DNA of 64,000 nt from assembly GCA_002633005.1 (NCBI GenBank), contig NMRA01000292.1:406815-470814 (forward strand). Direction: 5' to 3'. This DNA is from Phoronis australis (taxonomy: Eukaryota > Animalia > Phoronida). A model generated the notes under the pieces. The model saw only the letters and a program-made list of their open reading frames with translations. It was not told the origin of the DNA and made no database searches. Below are positions 24,620 through 37,114 of this stretch, in pieces; the first letter of the stretch is position 1, and the number at the start of each line of letters is the position of its first letter. The position numbers and the translations under genes are program-made.

Positions 24620-24970
24620 CCCTCTGACACAGCGCCACCTATACTGAAAAGTGTCCCTAGCTGTGGAAACATGATGAATGACACACGGAATTTCACGTGC
24701 TTACTAGGAAGTTTGTTGATCACATCGCCAGCATTTGCACATGCCTTCTATGCACTGAACGTGTTTGGGCTTAGCTACGGGATCGGGGTTTCCTTGCTTT
24801 TGCTTACTTCGGTTACTGCAACTATTCAACAGTAAACTGAAAGAATTTCCCAGATTTCAACCAATGTGAATGACTGAATGCTTTGACGTCGGTTTCATTA
24901 CTTTCACCAATGAGAATCCATGATAAACAACATTCCATAGTGCTACCTCTCGCAGCACTGTGAAAGAGTG
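24620..24970. mobile_element. TA-flanked MITE inserted in the 5' LTR of the Mag-like element
   Basis: TA|CCCTCTGACACAG ... CTGTGAAAGAGTG|TA. Absent from the partner LTR. Partial inverted copy at ~52805-52950. Confidence 0.7.
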
Positions 24971-25417
24971 TACAATAATAACGTGAGATAGCAGTCCGTT
25001 TATTCACTTGATAGTCGTTGTCGTGTTTGTTTTTAACTCCACAGCTAACCGCTAGGTGGTGTTACTAAACAAAAGAACAACTGTCATAATATAACACCAA
25101 GCAACCATCTGTGTTTGATATCTGGTTTCATGTGTCCTTCATTTCTCCCGCATTTATTTCTATTTTAGTGGACTCACGAAATACCTTCAATTTCCATGAC
25201 CTGCTGTTTAACATTGGTTGACTCGCACACGAGACGGACTTGCCACCTGATGGTATCAGCAATAACATTATTCGATGGTTTCCAAACTCTTTAAAATTTA
25301 CTTGTTTTTAAAGCCATTGATGGATAGCCAGTGACTTAATCTGGGACTGTGGTTAGATACTATGTCTAGACGTTCGGACACTCTCCTGTTAGGATAGCTC
25401 GTAAAAATGGCCTCCAG

Positions 25418-25820
25418 GGCCTGGTCTCTAATCTTTGTACTCGAAACGAACTCGAAACTATTTTTTGGCAATTTCTCTGCTCCTTTTGTGCGAACTTAAG
25501 ATAATTGGTTATCAGACTGTGCTCGAATACATTATAGTTTATGCATAGGAGTTTCTAGTTCAAGTTTGCCCTTGAAGACACTTATATTCGTGCTACAAAC
25601 TTGAGTAAAAACTCGAAATTTCGAGTTCAAACTCGGAACTTATTGCTTTAATATTGGGTTTACAAACTGTGAACTAAGGGCAATAAATTATCTACGTAAG
25701 TTATTGTGTACTCGAGCAAAGAATAGTAGACACTTATCTTGAGTTCGCCCAAAAGTAGAGTAGAAAATGCAAAACCTAATTTCGAGTTCTGTTTCGAGTA
25801 AAAAGATTGGAGACCGGGCC
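25418..25820. mobile_element. MITE family A copy
   Basis: GGCCTGGTCTC...GAGACCGGGCC with CAG/CAG TSD; near-identical to 32963-33363. Confidence 0.9.
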
Positions 25821-25988
25821 CAGGTGTCACTCTTGGAAGCTAGTTCCGGAAGGAGTTGGCGTCTCCTGTGTAAAAATCATTTGTAACGGGGCCAGAATTC
25901 CCTCTGGCTCTAAGGGTCAGCTTCCAATTGACTGACAAGTTAAGTATCAAGCAATGAATACGTACGTGCACATGAGACAGAATTGTAC

Positions 25989-26174
25989 CTGTGATGGAAT
26001 TTGGCACGTTGATATAAAGTCCATATCCGCTGTGATAACCCAGCTGTCTACAAATGACAATGGCTCTGGTTTCTTCGTGCGACCATTGTTGATTACAAAT
26101 AGTGCCCCAAACACCGTTGACCGCCACTTCAACAAGGCCGTAGTTTGGCCCAGGATTCAAACGAATTTGTGGCC
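25989..26174 (-). CDS. SRCR gene exon 4 (first half of SRCR2)
   Basis: PQIRLNPGPNYGLVEVAVNGVWGTICNQQW..VICRQLGY..NSITG; acceptor ttgtag, donor gtacaa; phase 1->1. Confidence 0.92.
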
Positions 26175-27464
26175 CTACAATCATGTAAAATGCATAATTA
26201 GCATATACAAGAAGTTCATTTAATCGTTCACTTAAGTTAAACAAATTCTCAATACGGTGTTCCTATATTTTGAATTGTCTATTTAACTATGTTTCACTAT
26301 TTTACGAGAGAGTGGGGTTAGCTGTAATGCAGATTACCCTGGCTATACATATCTCTTAAACTAGCACTGTCTGCAGCCAAGGACCCTGATATGTGCAGTG
26401 ACTTCTCATCCTTCTCAATGGAACCAGTCAATGAAAGTCAATGAACAAAGAACTTATTTAGACCATGTCAAATTATTTTGACCATGTCAAAAACACTTTG
26501 TCTCATATGTATTCAATAGTTTAAGGTATTGTGTAGGATCCTAGAAAAATTCCAAATTTACTTAACTGAGGAACATCATAGAGAAATGCCTGATCAAAAA
26601 TAATGCTTTCAGGATTATGGAAAAAATCAAAAGTTGAAAATAAAATGTTAAATAAGATAACTGAAATTCATCTTAAGCATTTATATAAAAGGACATTTGG
26701 TCACGTTATTGATGCGATTGGCTTGCTATGAATGTACTTTTTCTTTTTCGCTAACTTAGTTTTAAAAATAGCCACATGGTTCGCCTACCGGATGTCAACC
26801 ATTAGACTAAAAAAACGGAACATCTGTTCAGTATGTTAGTGAGCATTTCAAAGTGGCATTACTGGATTATATCAGGTCTGTGTTTTATTAATCGGGTGAT
26901 GTGGCACGAAATTGTTGTTTGCTTATTATTCTATCCTAGGTTTTAATACAAATGGAGCTACTCCAGCGTTGGTCATGCTATTTTGATTTTTCTGGAAGTT
27001 TCTTCGCTGACAATTGTACAACGACATTTCTGTCTTGACTCCTGGAGATACCTATATCAAGCAGTTTTCACCAGTAGCCGTTTTCCTTGATGAATGTAAC
27101 TATTTGGAACTCTGAAGTACATCTCTTCATAATATTTTTTGTTTTAAGTTTTGCTTCCTTGTCTTCTATAGATGACAGTCTTTGTGCATTGCTTTGTGTT
27201 TAGCAAATAAAGCACTGAATAGTGGTGAAATGTCTTGCAATTGCAAATGTATGGCCGGTTTAGGAAAGACATGGAGTCTCATTGGCGCATGTATTGTGGA
27301 AAATTGAACACGCTGTCACAATGGGTATGACGGACACTAACTGCACTGACATGACAGAGCACTGGATATGTGCAAAGTGTAAAATTTTTTACGACAAATA
27401 AGCCAAATTGTCAGATGAAACAGTTGGAGCTCTTACAGCCACTACTGTTCGGCAACGTCATCTG

Positions 27465-27695
27465 GGGCAAGACGGAAAGGATCATCTCTACTGCGCTTGC
27501 CTAATGACCCACGTACGGGTTCTTTGTCTCTGCAACTCTCATTTGTAATCCTGCGCATGTGCGATCCAGTCTCTCCAGCCCGCACTTTCCGTCTTGCCAC
27601 AGTTAGTGAGTAGTGTGTGTAAACGGCCGCTTGACACGGGTCAATTTTCTCCGTGTCAGTTGCGCCTGGCCAAAAGTTGATGTCTAAACGGGACT
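27465..27695. repeat. Dispersed repeat, inverted homologue of ~37700-37915
   Basis: Shared blocks GGAAAGGATCATCTCTACTGCGCTTG, CCTGCGCATGTGCGAT and ATGTCTAAACGGGACT in opposite orientation. Confidence 0.75.
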
Positions 27696-28970
27696 GTTCT
27701 GACTTGTGGAAGGACTCCAGGAAAATCAGGACAACAAGAAGAGTTGCATATAAAGATCCTGTGAAAGTAACCACCGACACCATGAGCTTTTTGTGTGAAC
27801 ACTTCCATCCTAGTTTTACTGGCAACTATTTTACAAAGCATGGGAGTCTGAACGATGTGATAGCATTGGACTGCCTTAGGATGACTCTGCTAAGTTATGA
27901 CTTCCAATTAAGTGTTGATTTCTGATTAGATCAACTCGTATGTCCATAAGCCTAGCAAAGACAATCAAGTAGTTATCCACGGGTTTTGTGCTTGACACTG
28001 GAATATTGGTACTCAAAATTTTATGACTTTTAGTCTTCGTGTTATCAAATAAACAAAACAAGCAGGCACACCAGCTGAGATGGCTTATTCATCTGTACTG
28101 GCTCTTGCTTATCTAACATGTATGTAATATGGCGAGACTTCAAAATAGTGCTCCCCATAAAGTCGGCAGTTTCCGCAATGGAATCTGTTTATAGCAGCTA
28201 GCTAGTCTCTGTGTCTGTTGTCCTCGGCCAACTATTGTTTCAATAATCCATGATCGAGCCTAACTCGGAATGCAGTGGCGGCGCAGCACTGAAAAAAGTG
28301 GGTGCTATAGCCCCAAAGCCCCCTATGCTCATGGAATGGGGGCATTTTTGGAAAGTACTAGGGTTACCAAAGCTGAGCGAAATTGGCTCTTATAGAGCAG
28401 ATCCGAATTGCACAGTGAAACTTAAATATCTAGCTATATTTACCGACGACGCCGCAATACCCGACGTTGGTACCTCGTTTCCGCACCGTTGAAATTCCAC
28501 ATGTTAATTGCTCTTGTGTTCTCTACAAAGTTTTCTCGACTGCGTTACTTTATTCTCCCTTCCAGTGGTAACGAAGTATTACTGCTGTGCTATGGGCTAC
28601 AACTGGCGACGCAGAAAGTTAGACGAATTTGACAATTGTCCGTGGATGCACAATGTTATGTTCTCCGCCTTCAATACATCAATCAAAGACAAGAAAATAC
28701 AGAGCGCTTACTATGAGATTAATCTTGAACCCAAAAGAATCTCCTTTCTTGAAGATACCGTGTCAATGTCGATACTTTTAAACTGTTGAAATCGGGAACA
28801 TTTTCGCGGCCGTACATCTCTACAGGATCTGTGAAAATGTTCCTGACAGTCCAAAACTAGGCCAACGAAAGTGGCGTGCTTCCTTACCTACGCGGAAATG
28901 GGGAGTTCTATAGCTGTGTAATCCACGTCAGCCCTGTTTCACCTTACATGATGCAACAACCCTATTCTGA

Positions 28971-29200
28971 GGAAGCAATGTGGCCTAGTGTGATAGGTGC
29001 CCATCTTCTTTACTCGAGGTCGTGGTTACGAGTCCCACTGGGCCACAATGTTAGACCCTTGAGTCAGGTTTCTAGCTCCTCAACTCCGTTTTAATTATAT
29101 ATTAATGAAGCACAAAAATAGTTCCAGGTGATCAGTGCAATAGGCCCACATGCGCGGGCTGCATACGTCTGGTACAACGTGTATCAGACCGCCTGCAATT
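28971..29200 (+). mobile_element. Possible tRNA-derived SINE
   Basis: A-box-like TGGCCTAGTG (28981), B-box-like GGTTACGAGTCCC (29024), then CCCTTGAGTCAGG. No full cloverleaf; 3' end uncertain. Confidence 0.4.
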
Positions 29201-29415
29201 ATTTTTTTAACAGCCCTATGTGCCACCAGCACCAAAGAATCTAATGTAACTGGATTCTTTCTGTTACTTAGACTGGTTTCTCTAACGACGACGGAAACGA
29301 GGACCAGTTAAAGGGCACGTGACTTGTGACTCAGTCAGTAAATGTCTATCGTGAAACAGGATGGTTTCCAAAAGTTACTGTGTTCTTGCAAGCAGCTAAA
29401 CTTCATTCGCATTAC

Positions 29416-29614
29416 CTGTGTCGTTGTAGCAGACGACTGCAGCGTAATGATCTGACTTTGACTTTGCGCCAAAATCTGATATCGAGGCTCCAGGACAACT
29501 CGCTATGTTGGTTTCATTGCCAAAACATCTCGGCGTTTTCATGAAAACGTTGCGGTTCTCAGAATCGGAACCGATAGTTGCATTCCCCGTGACATATCCT
29601 AATTGTTTGCAGAC
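29416..29614 (-). CDS. SRCR gene exon 3 (second half of SRCR1)
   Basis: VCKQLGY..PRCFGNETNIASCPG..DHYAAVVCYNDT; acceptor tttcag, donor gtaat; phase 0->1. Confidence 0.9.
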
Positions 29615-30852
29615 CTGAAACGACATTTTCAATGTTAAAGAGGACTGGAACGCAAAAAAACATAATTAATTGCGTTATTCAAAGTGGTTTCCTGCCACTG
29701 AAACGGAATTCAATCTACCTATTCACGAGGTATTTTAAGTTTTTGCGTAAAAATTTTGAATTTATATTGATGTCAAAGCATTTTTCTTTTCTTTTAGTTT
29801 CAAATTTCAGAAGAATGGTCGTCACTTCGTCGATTTTTCTCCCACAAGGCAAAACAATGCTCCTTATTTGATATCACAAGACATGGACCTAGCGCATTTC
29901 CCTTATTTGGAAAATGTGAACTTTGACCTTTCATGCAAACATGATAATGGTGAATTCAAGCAGCAACCCGATTAAGAGGCAATAGATGTTTAAAACTGGT
30001 TACAAAGGTATCATAGTATTCAAAAATATTCTAAAAAGCACTTGGAATTCTCGTTGGAAATCTCTTGCCTCGCTACCTTGTCTCACCTTGTGCGAAGTGC
30101 GATCACGCATGACAATCTGCCGTTAATATCCTACTTGTCAGCCAGTTGTTTGACTGATGACTGCGAGCGCATGCTCGCATTTATCATAAGTTGGAGGAAA
30201 ATTAGAAATTCTGTGGTGACTATAAAGTTTTCTCTTGGCGCATAGTTAAAAATGTGTGAATTTTATGATTTTCGGGGAAATTCGCTCACAGGGGAAATTG
30301 AATAACTCTGCAGTAGAGATGGTACTTTTGCAAGGAATTGTTTAAAAGTCATTTTTACGAGCTTTCGTGTTCTATGCTCACCTCAAAAAAATCACCTCAA
30401 AATCTTTATAGTAACCTGTTGCGTGAAATATATGTAAGAGTTTCAACTGCCATTATAAGTAAATAAATAGAATTCGCATACCAATCGGTAGAATATGAGT
30501 AATCAGTAGAAAACTAGACCAAAGCAAATACACAGTTAGATGGCGATCCTAGTGGCGAAATGAATATGTAAGTCTCCATTCTCTGATGAACCCTTCAATC
30601 CAATAATCATACTACTGGAGTAAAGTGGCGTATGTTTGATACCGAGAGATTCACAAGAAGCATGTCGAGACTATAAAAATGAATGTAATGCTATAAAAAG
30701 GACTGTCCGAAGACTTCTCGTGTACAGTTCTGGGAAACCGCCACTGGAGATAGAGAAGAGGTGATTCATCTAAGAAATTCTCGGGACATAAAATGTAAGG
30801 GAGGACATGCTTTTGAAAGAGGAACAAATTAAGAGGAACACGTCTAGCCTAC

Positions 30853-30980
30853 CACTATAGCATCCGAACTTGTCCATCCTGAGTAGCTGACAGTTCCCCA
30901 TACATCCGTGACCTCTGACACTTCTACACGCCCCCAGTGCGGACCAGCAGTGGGGTCATTCATTGTCAGTCGAACACTCA
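30853..30980 (-). CDS. SRCR gene exon 2 (first half of SRCR1)
   Basis: SVRLTMNDPTAGPHWGRVEVSEVTDVWGTVSYSGWTSSDAIV; acceptor ttccag, donor gtaggc; phase 1->0. Confidence 0.9.
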
Positions 30981-32962
30981 CTGGAATAAATATCGAGCAC
31001 ATTCAACACCCTCTTTATGTGTTTTTCAGTAAACATGCAAATAACAATGCAATGTCAAATCAACCAATAAACATTTAAACCGAAGACTATTACTTCACTA
31101 ACACATACGTTTTGATGTGTGAGTGTGTTCGTGTCCGTAATAAGTACTAATTCACTTACTGTGGTACATTACTTTCAGGGTGATAGCTCCTCCATTCAGC
31201 AATTTAACTTACAATTAGAGAAGTTCTCGGAAACTGTGTAAAGGATATCTCAAACCTTATTAATAAAAATTGGCCAATTCCATGTACAATACTTCACATC
31301 CGCCTAGCAAAACATCTTATCTTCAAATTCGAAATATGTACCATGTAGTGAGAAAAAAGAGATTTCGCAAAACCACCTTGGAACTGCAAAACTGTGTGGC
31401 AATTTATTTGCTACTTATCAAAGGTCACTCAAATCGAATCTCCCGTTAGGCACAAAGACAACTCCGCATGTGCTCTCAGTCCTTTCATTCACCGAGTCGC
31501 AAAATATTGAGTCAACGACTTGTACACATAATAGAAAGACGCTGGGGAAAACGAAGACAAAACGTGGTTTTGATCCGGAGGGAGTTGTGTGTCTGCTTGC
31601 AGACGGCGGTTGAGAACGAATGCTACGAGTCGCCTCACGCCACTATGACTTTGTGTTCATGATCACAGGAAGTTGTGAAAAGAGATAAATTCTAATCCTA
31701 ATTCCTTAGTTCGGGTAATCTGACATTTATTGTTTCGAATTCACGCTCACGACGTGCTTTAACCACCGACTCGATTTATGTTATCCAGTTCGCACTTGGG
31801 GTTTCGTATCAGTGCGTGTATGTCTAACATTGAACTGTTGACCTACTTTAAAATGAACCACAATGCACCAGCTTGAACAACTTAATATGTGGGCTCCGCC
31901 CGTGACCCAGTTGGACTTGATGCGTCGGAATTCCACTAAACGTTTTTGTTATAATAAAGTTAATCACGCACGGCAAATTGAGATGACATAGCGCGTGAAT
32001 GTTGAGATAGTGAGCGCAGCCAAGGGATGTATAGGTTATATTGACTGAATACATACTCAGTAACAACAAAATTAATTTCTTTCTATATGGATGTCAAGAA
32101 CTTAACTCAAACGAAAATATGGTTTTATTTGAAATAGTATCAGAATTTCTTTATAACATTAAATCTCTCTGTGTGAGTGGATAGAATTTTATACATCTGT
32201 ATGAAAATAAATTATTTTCATTCGTTGTCATATATCATTGTATTCTTAACATCAGTTTTTTTTATTTATGTATTTGTATATAATCATTGTATATAGACTT
32301 CTTTGTATTTTTTTACTCAGATCTAATGCCTCTTGGCGCTTTCTGGGTTATGTATATTCATTGTATTCTGAAGATTTCGTAATAAACATTAAAAAAAACT
32401 CAGTAATTAACCAAAGACCTTGAGACTTTCACCTCTAATGATTTAATCGGCTATTTCTCGGCTTCGGCAAATCTGTTTAATTTGAAATTAGGAATACAAG
32501 TTCTCAAAAACTGATCGGTGGATTTCATTGAAACTTTCCACGCTTAATATTAAATCTATTAATCAATTTCAAATACTTTGTTGGGATTTTTGATATAAAG
32601 GCCTAATATGTGCGGAATGTAACAAAGACAAATACGACTGTTGTTTTTTACAAAAATACTATACGTTTTGCGAGCAGACTTGTCATAGAAACCAAACGAA
32701 AAAGGTATAGGCGGTGGGCCAAGTTTTGTGGGGCCTGTAGAAAATACTTTTTGTGAGTACTTTAGGGAGAGACGATTTTATTTTGGTGTTTTTTAATTCA
32801 TTTATTAGTGTGTTTTCAAAATCTAAAAAGTTCCTTCATATAAAGTTGCACATTTTTTAGAAATTTGGATTTGAAGTTATGTAATAATTACCTAAGACCT
32901 TAGTGAACTTATATTTGTAAACATAACAATCTTCCTACCTTATTTGTAAAGCAAGCAATCAG

Positions 32963-33363
32963 GGCCCGGTCTCTAATCTTTGTACTCGAAATGAACTCGA
33001 AACTATTTTTGGCAATTTCTCTGCTCCTTTTGTGCGAACTTAAGATAATTGATTATCAGACTGTGCTCGAATACATTATAGTTTATGCATAGGAGTTTCT
33101 AGTTCAAGTTTGCCCTTGAAGACTCTTATATTCGTGCTACAAACTCGAGTAAAAACTCGAAATTTCGAGTTCAAACTCAAACTTATTGCTTTAATATTGG
33201 GTTTACAAACTGTGAACTAAGGGCAATAAATTATCTACGTAAGTTATTGTGTACTCGAGCATAGAATAATAGACACTTATCTTGAGTTCGTCCAAAAGTA
33301 GAGTAGAAAATGCCAAACCTAATTTCGAGTTCCATTTCGAGAAAAAAGATTGGAGACCGGGCC
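32963..33363. mobile_element. MITE family A copy
   Basis: GGCCCGGTCTC...GAGACCGGGCC with CAG/CAG TSD. Confidence 0.9.
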
Positions 33364-33857
33364 CAGGTCTCATCAATATCATTGTATTTAACAATAATAC
33401 ACTCACATTACATCACCTTTGTAGAAGAGTTGCAAGCAGTGAAATTTTAAAAATGTTAAGTGCCACCTAGTGGCAGAAATACGAACTAAATATGAATGTT
33501 ACTATGAGGTTATCATGGCATTGTCTGAGAAGCAAAATTACACAATACACCCAAGAGTGGTTTAAATATGTGTAAACCATTGAATAATGAAACAAAATAC
33601 TATTTGTTCACATGATATACCAGAAATATGCTGAACAAAAAAACAACAAAGCTGAATTATCTTTGTGAATTTGCACATGGACTGTATGAAAATACTAGGT
33701 TATTCTGACAGTGTCTAATAAGCAATCTAAGACAAATACATGCCAAAATAAATATTTTCTATGACTAATTCAACAAATAAAGTTCACAGCTCACACTTTT
33801 TTAATCGAAAAATATAACGTAATAACGGGTTGGAGACGCTGGCGGTCTATTTACGGT

Positions 33858-34240
33858 TCACTTAAAATATATCATCTTCATTGTCAGAAAACTGTCCAAA
33901 GTTATACAGTCAGTGTTGCTGATGTTACCACAGTAGTTCCAACTGCACATATCTGTACAGTTCAACCCATCATTGCAGCACAAATTCAGTTTCCTCGCAC
34001 ACATGTTCAATTTGCACTTGCAGCGTATATTGTTGACTACTGACAATGGAGCTGTGGGCATTGCCATACATTTTAACTGCAAAGCTCCACCGCCAAGGAG
34101 CCAACTATGGGCGATCAGAGAGGGTACAGTACTGCGCACTGGTAATTGGTCCGTATGCACTGAAGCGTCAAACACTGTGTTCTTGTTTGGAGGCAGGCAG
34201 GATTCGGGCACATATTTGATTCAAAATATGTTATAATGGG
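33858..34240 (-). pseudogene. Academ-like transposase C-terminal relic (LPP motif + Cys-rich CXC finger)
   Basis: PESCLPPN...PTAPLSVVNNIRCKCKLNMCARKLNLCCNDGLNCTDMCSWNYCGN resembles the Cys-rich tail of Academ-type transposases. Element ends not found. Confidence 0.6.
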
Positions 34241-37053
34241 TTGCGTTAATTGGTTTTTCAGCGAGTGAGTCATTGAACACCAGCCCCAAATCACTTTTGT
34301 ATCTCTTAGTAGGGCACAAACTGCAGGTATAGTCTCAACGGTCGTTTCTTAAGATTGCCAGTCCAAATAACTTCATGCGCAACAGCTTTCTGAAGCATAA
34401 TAGCAAATGACATTTCCACATCTTAAAAGCTTTGATTCAATGAACAAAACTGTAGAAAAACATTTCTGAAACTTATGAATTCTTTACTCTTCCGGATTTC
34501 TAATTTTATAGCATGACCTGTGGTTGTTAGCTTCTCAAACCACAAGGTCCTTATCCTTGAATTTCATTCGCATATTCAGGTCTCCGGACTGAACTGTGAG
34601 ATGCAAGTCCAGCTGAAAATTTGCACTGTTAACACTAATTTGACATTTAACTACCAGTGTGCTGGTATGCAAAATTTTCAGACGGACTTGACAGGAATTG
34701 ATTCACCACCATCCTAACACATTGACATGCCGTCTGATTCGTCGCCTAAAAATGTTGACCGTCTGACAATTAGATTAGTTGATGCGACTGAAAATAAGTC
34801 AGCTGATGTACCAATGCAGTGATTGAAATTAATTTTTAATCAGATGATGATACCATTGTCAAAATATTTACAGAACGTTTGATAAAATGGGCATGATTAC
34901 GACGGGGACGCCGGCCACTCGGGCAGCTACCTAATTGATTAATGTTTACAAAAAATGAGAAGAGGTTGCTTCTGTCTCAGGATTACGGCGGGGGATGACG
35001 GTCACTGCAACCATCTACGCCATTTAACCTTCGTCAAAAATGCTTGATTTAAAATGCTTAAAATCCCACCCGCAGTATAACGCCATATGATTATCCCCTG
35101 GCGTAAGCAGTGTAAAAATGGCCAATAGTCGATTTGAGCAACGGCGAACTCCTTGAAAGACAATATTTCAACTGGGAATAAATAAAGAAATTAACGGCCT
35201 CCTAAGGCATCCCTCTAGTGCTCAAAAGGTATTTCTAAACTTATAGCAACATGACTTCGATGGTTTGATCAGTGTGATGTATAATTCGCCGAAAAGCTTC
35301 CGGCATATGGAGGACCTCTACTGGGCCAGTTGAGACAGCACTATTGCCTAAGGCCTGAGTAGTCTAGGGGCTGGACAAGCTAAAAGTTTTAAAACAACTG
35401 GTGAAAATACTGAACACACTTGCAAAACACTAAGATGTACCTTACAAAAACACATTTTATTACCTGTTTTGTATTCAAAGCTAGAATGTTGTTCCTTCTT
35501 TCTCTTTCTTATAATGTGGTCCATAACATATTTTTCTTGCTCGCAAATGATGCAATAAAGTGTCAGAATGTATGAACTTCATGTCAATTTGGTGTTTCAG
35601 ATTTTGGAAGTCTAATTGATTTTCTTGGGAAATTTTGGGTAACATCTGTATCACTTTCAGCAGATTCAGCTTTACTACTACTGTTGAAACGTTGCTAGGT
35701 ATTTTTCTATGCCTTTTCAATTTTTGTTGTGACGCTTAGGCTTCTAGTTCTATAGCAGTATAGCACAGTGGCGGATCTAGGATACCATAAGGGAGGGGGG
35801 CAACATGTTGTCTCGGGGTAAAGCGCGATTGTATGTGCAGCGCAGGCCCGAAGTTGCGGGAGCCGGATATGTGGAACTTCTGTTCGGAAAATCTACCGAA
35901 TTTTTGCTTTTGTATTGCATTCTGTGATGCATCCATGTCATTAAAATCAATAAAAAGAAAATAAATATATTCGATTCCGCCTTTATGCATTTTCACACAA
36001 AAGTGCCAATAACAATTAATCAATAAAAGTAAACACTGGAGCCTAAATTTCACAAAAAAGCCGCTGCAACACCTAAATTTTGATTGGTGCTTTGTGCCAG
36101 TCGTTAGCCTTACTAACCTGGTGAGGAACAGTTTCCGATAAACACTTACTAGCCAGAGATTGAACTTTCACTTCCACCAATTCTGGATAGTTTTGTCGCC
36201 ATTGTCCTACTTTGGTGAATTTGTAAACTGTGAAAAGGCCCCTGTTTACAAACCTACGTCTATTATTAGTTATCATGAGGTCGAGACGGCATTTCAGTTT
36301 TAAAAGGGTATCAACTCCAGTTTTGACCTATTAGCAGATACTAAAAGGACTTTACCATACAGTTCTCTGAAACAAAATAATGCTATTTAACACTCAACAA
36401 CCCTTAAAAGCTTGGAGAAAAATTTGTAAACACCTTTCAAAGTCTGCCAAACGGGCAAGCGTGATCTACGGTTTCAGCGAATTACACGGCAACTGTAGGA
36501 AACGACCACCTATCCAATCTGTGACGTAGGGAGTATGAGTTTTTAGTTGATTCCTGCCTTTAACTTGGAAGATGGAGGCCAATGATGCATTAACAGGTGA
36601 CAGAACGAGGATTGGTGGAAATCATCAAAACTAGGTTTAGTATCACTTTAAGGTTCATGTGCCGAACATAAATTTTATTTCAAACAAACAATTTATAGGG
36701 AGACAGCAACTATACATGCAAATGCGCGAAGTTATGGTACAGGCACAGGTTTTTAAAACATGCGGTATGAGTGTGCGCTTTTAACAATGCTTTTGATCAA
36801 TTTAATGACATCATTTATCTAAAAAGCATTTACTAACTCACTGATCCTCGTAGAGAAGTTCATCAGATTTTATCCCCTTATCAAGGAGTGTATATGAACC
36901 TGCCAAACAACGTGCACCATGGTGTGTCCTAATCTTTAAGGAGCTCATTTCATAGCAAACTTCATTTCTACTATTAAGGATACCCTGGTCCTTGTTGCTA
37001 CTCTAAAAATCGCTTTTCACGAACCATTTTACGCGAACTTTTAGTGTACTCAC

Positions 37054-37114
37054 GTGACTGAATCAACTTAAAGATCGATAGTGCCACTATGAAGATCTCG
37101 TGAGCCCGCCACAT
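37054..37114 (-). CDS. SRCR gene exon 1 (signal peptide)
   Basis: ATG..MWRAHEIFIVALSIFKLIQS followed by a phase-1 donor C|gtgagt that joins exon 2 in frame (CTG=L). Confidence 0.72.

Larger units (their letters stand above)
16796..25096 (-). mobile_element. Degenerate, internally deleted Mag-like Gypsy LTR retrotransposon (host of nested insertions)
   Basis: TSD CCAAG at 16791-16795 and 25097-25101. Short TG..CA LTRs at 16796-16900 + 23192-23216 and at 24591-25096. PBS TGGTGGCAGCG (tRNA-Leu-like) at 24580-24590; PPT at 23217-23230. Gag and protease remnants present. Confidence 0.85.
5973..37114 (-). other. Gene model: secreted protein with five SRCR domains (DMBT1-like), 9 coding exons, 626 aa
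   Basis: join(complement) 37054-37114, 30853-30980, 29416-29614, 25989-26174, 14527-14685, 12275-12390, 9495-9723, 6526-7169, 5973-6131 = 1881 nt. All introns are GT-AG, phases match at every junction, and the frame is open to TAA. No TM segment seen. Confidence 0.85.

Noticed and set aside
26900-28250. Possible decayed coding relic on the minus strand (e.g. QTPMLCKIVASKTRMEVF, faintly NACHT-like)
   Set aside because: Multiple stops, no Walker motifs seen, and interrupted by a repeat; cannot be supported without a profile search.
28971-29045. tRNA gene
   Set aside because: A/B-box-like motifs only, with no convincing cloverleaf; treated as a possible SINE head.
31160-31210. Alternative first exon of the SRCR gene (GTAAGT donor at ~31159)
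   Set aside because: No good start, acceptor or signal peptide; 37054-37114 fits better.
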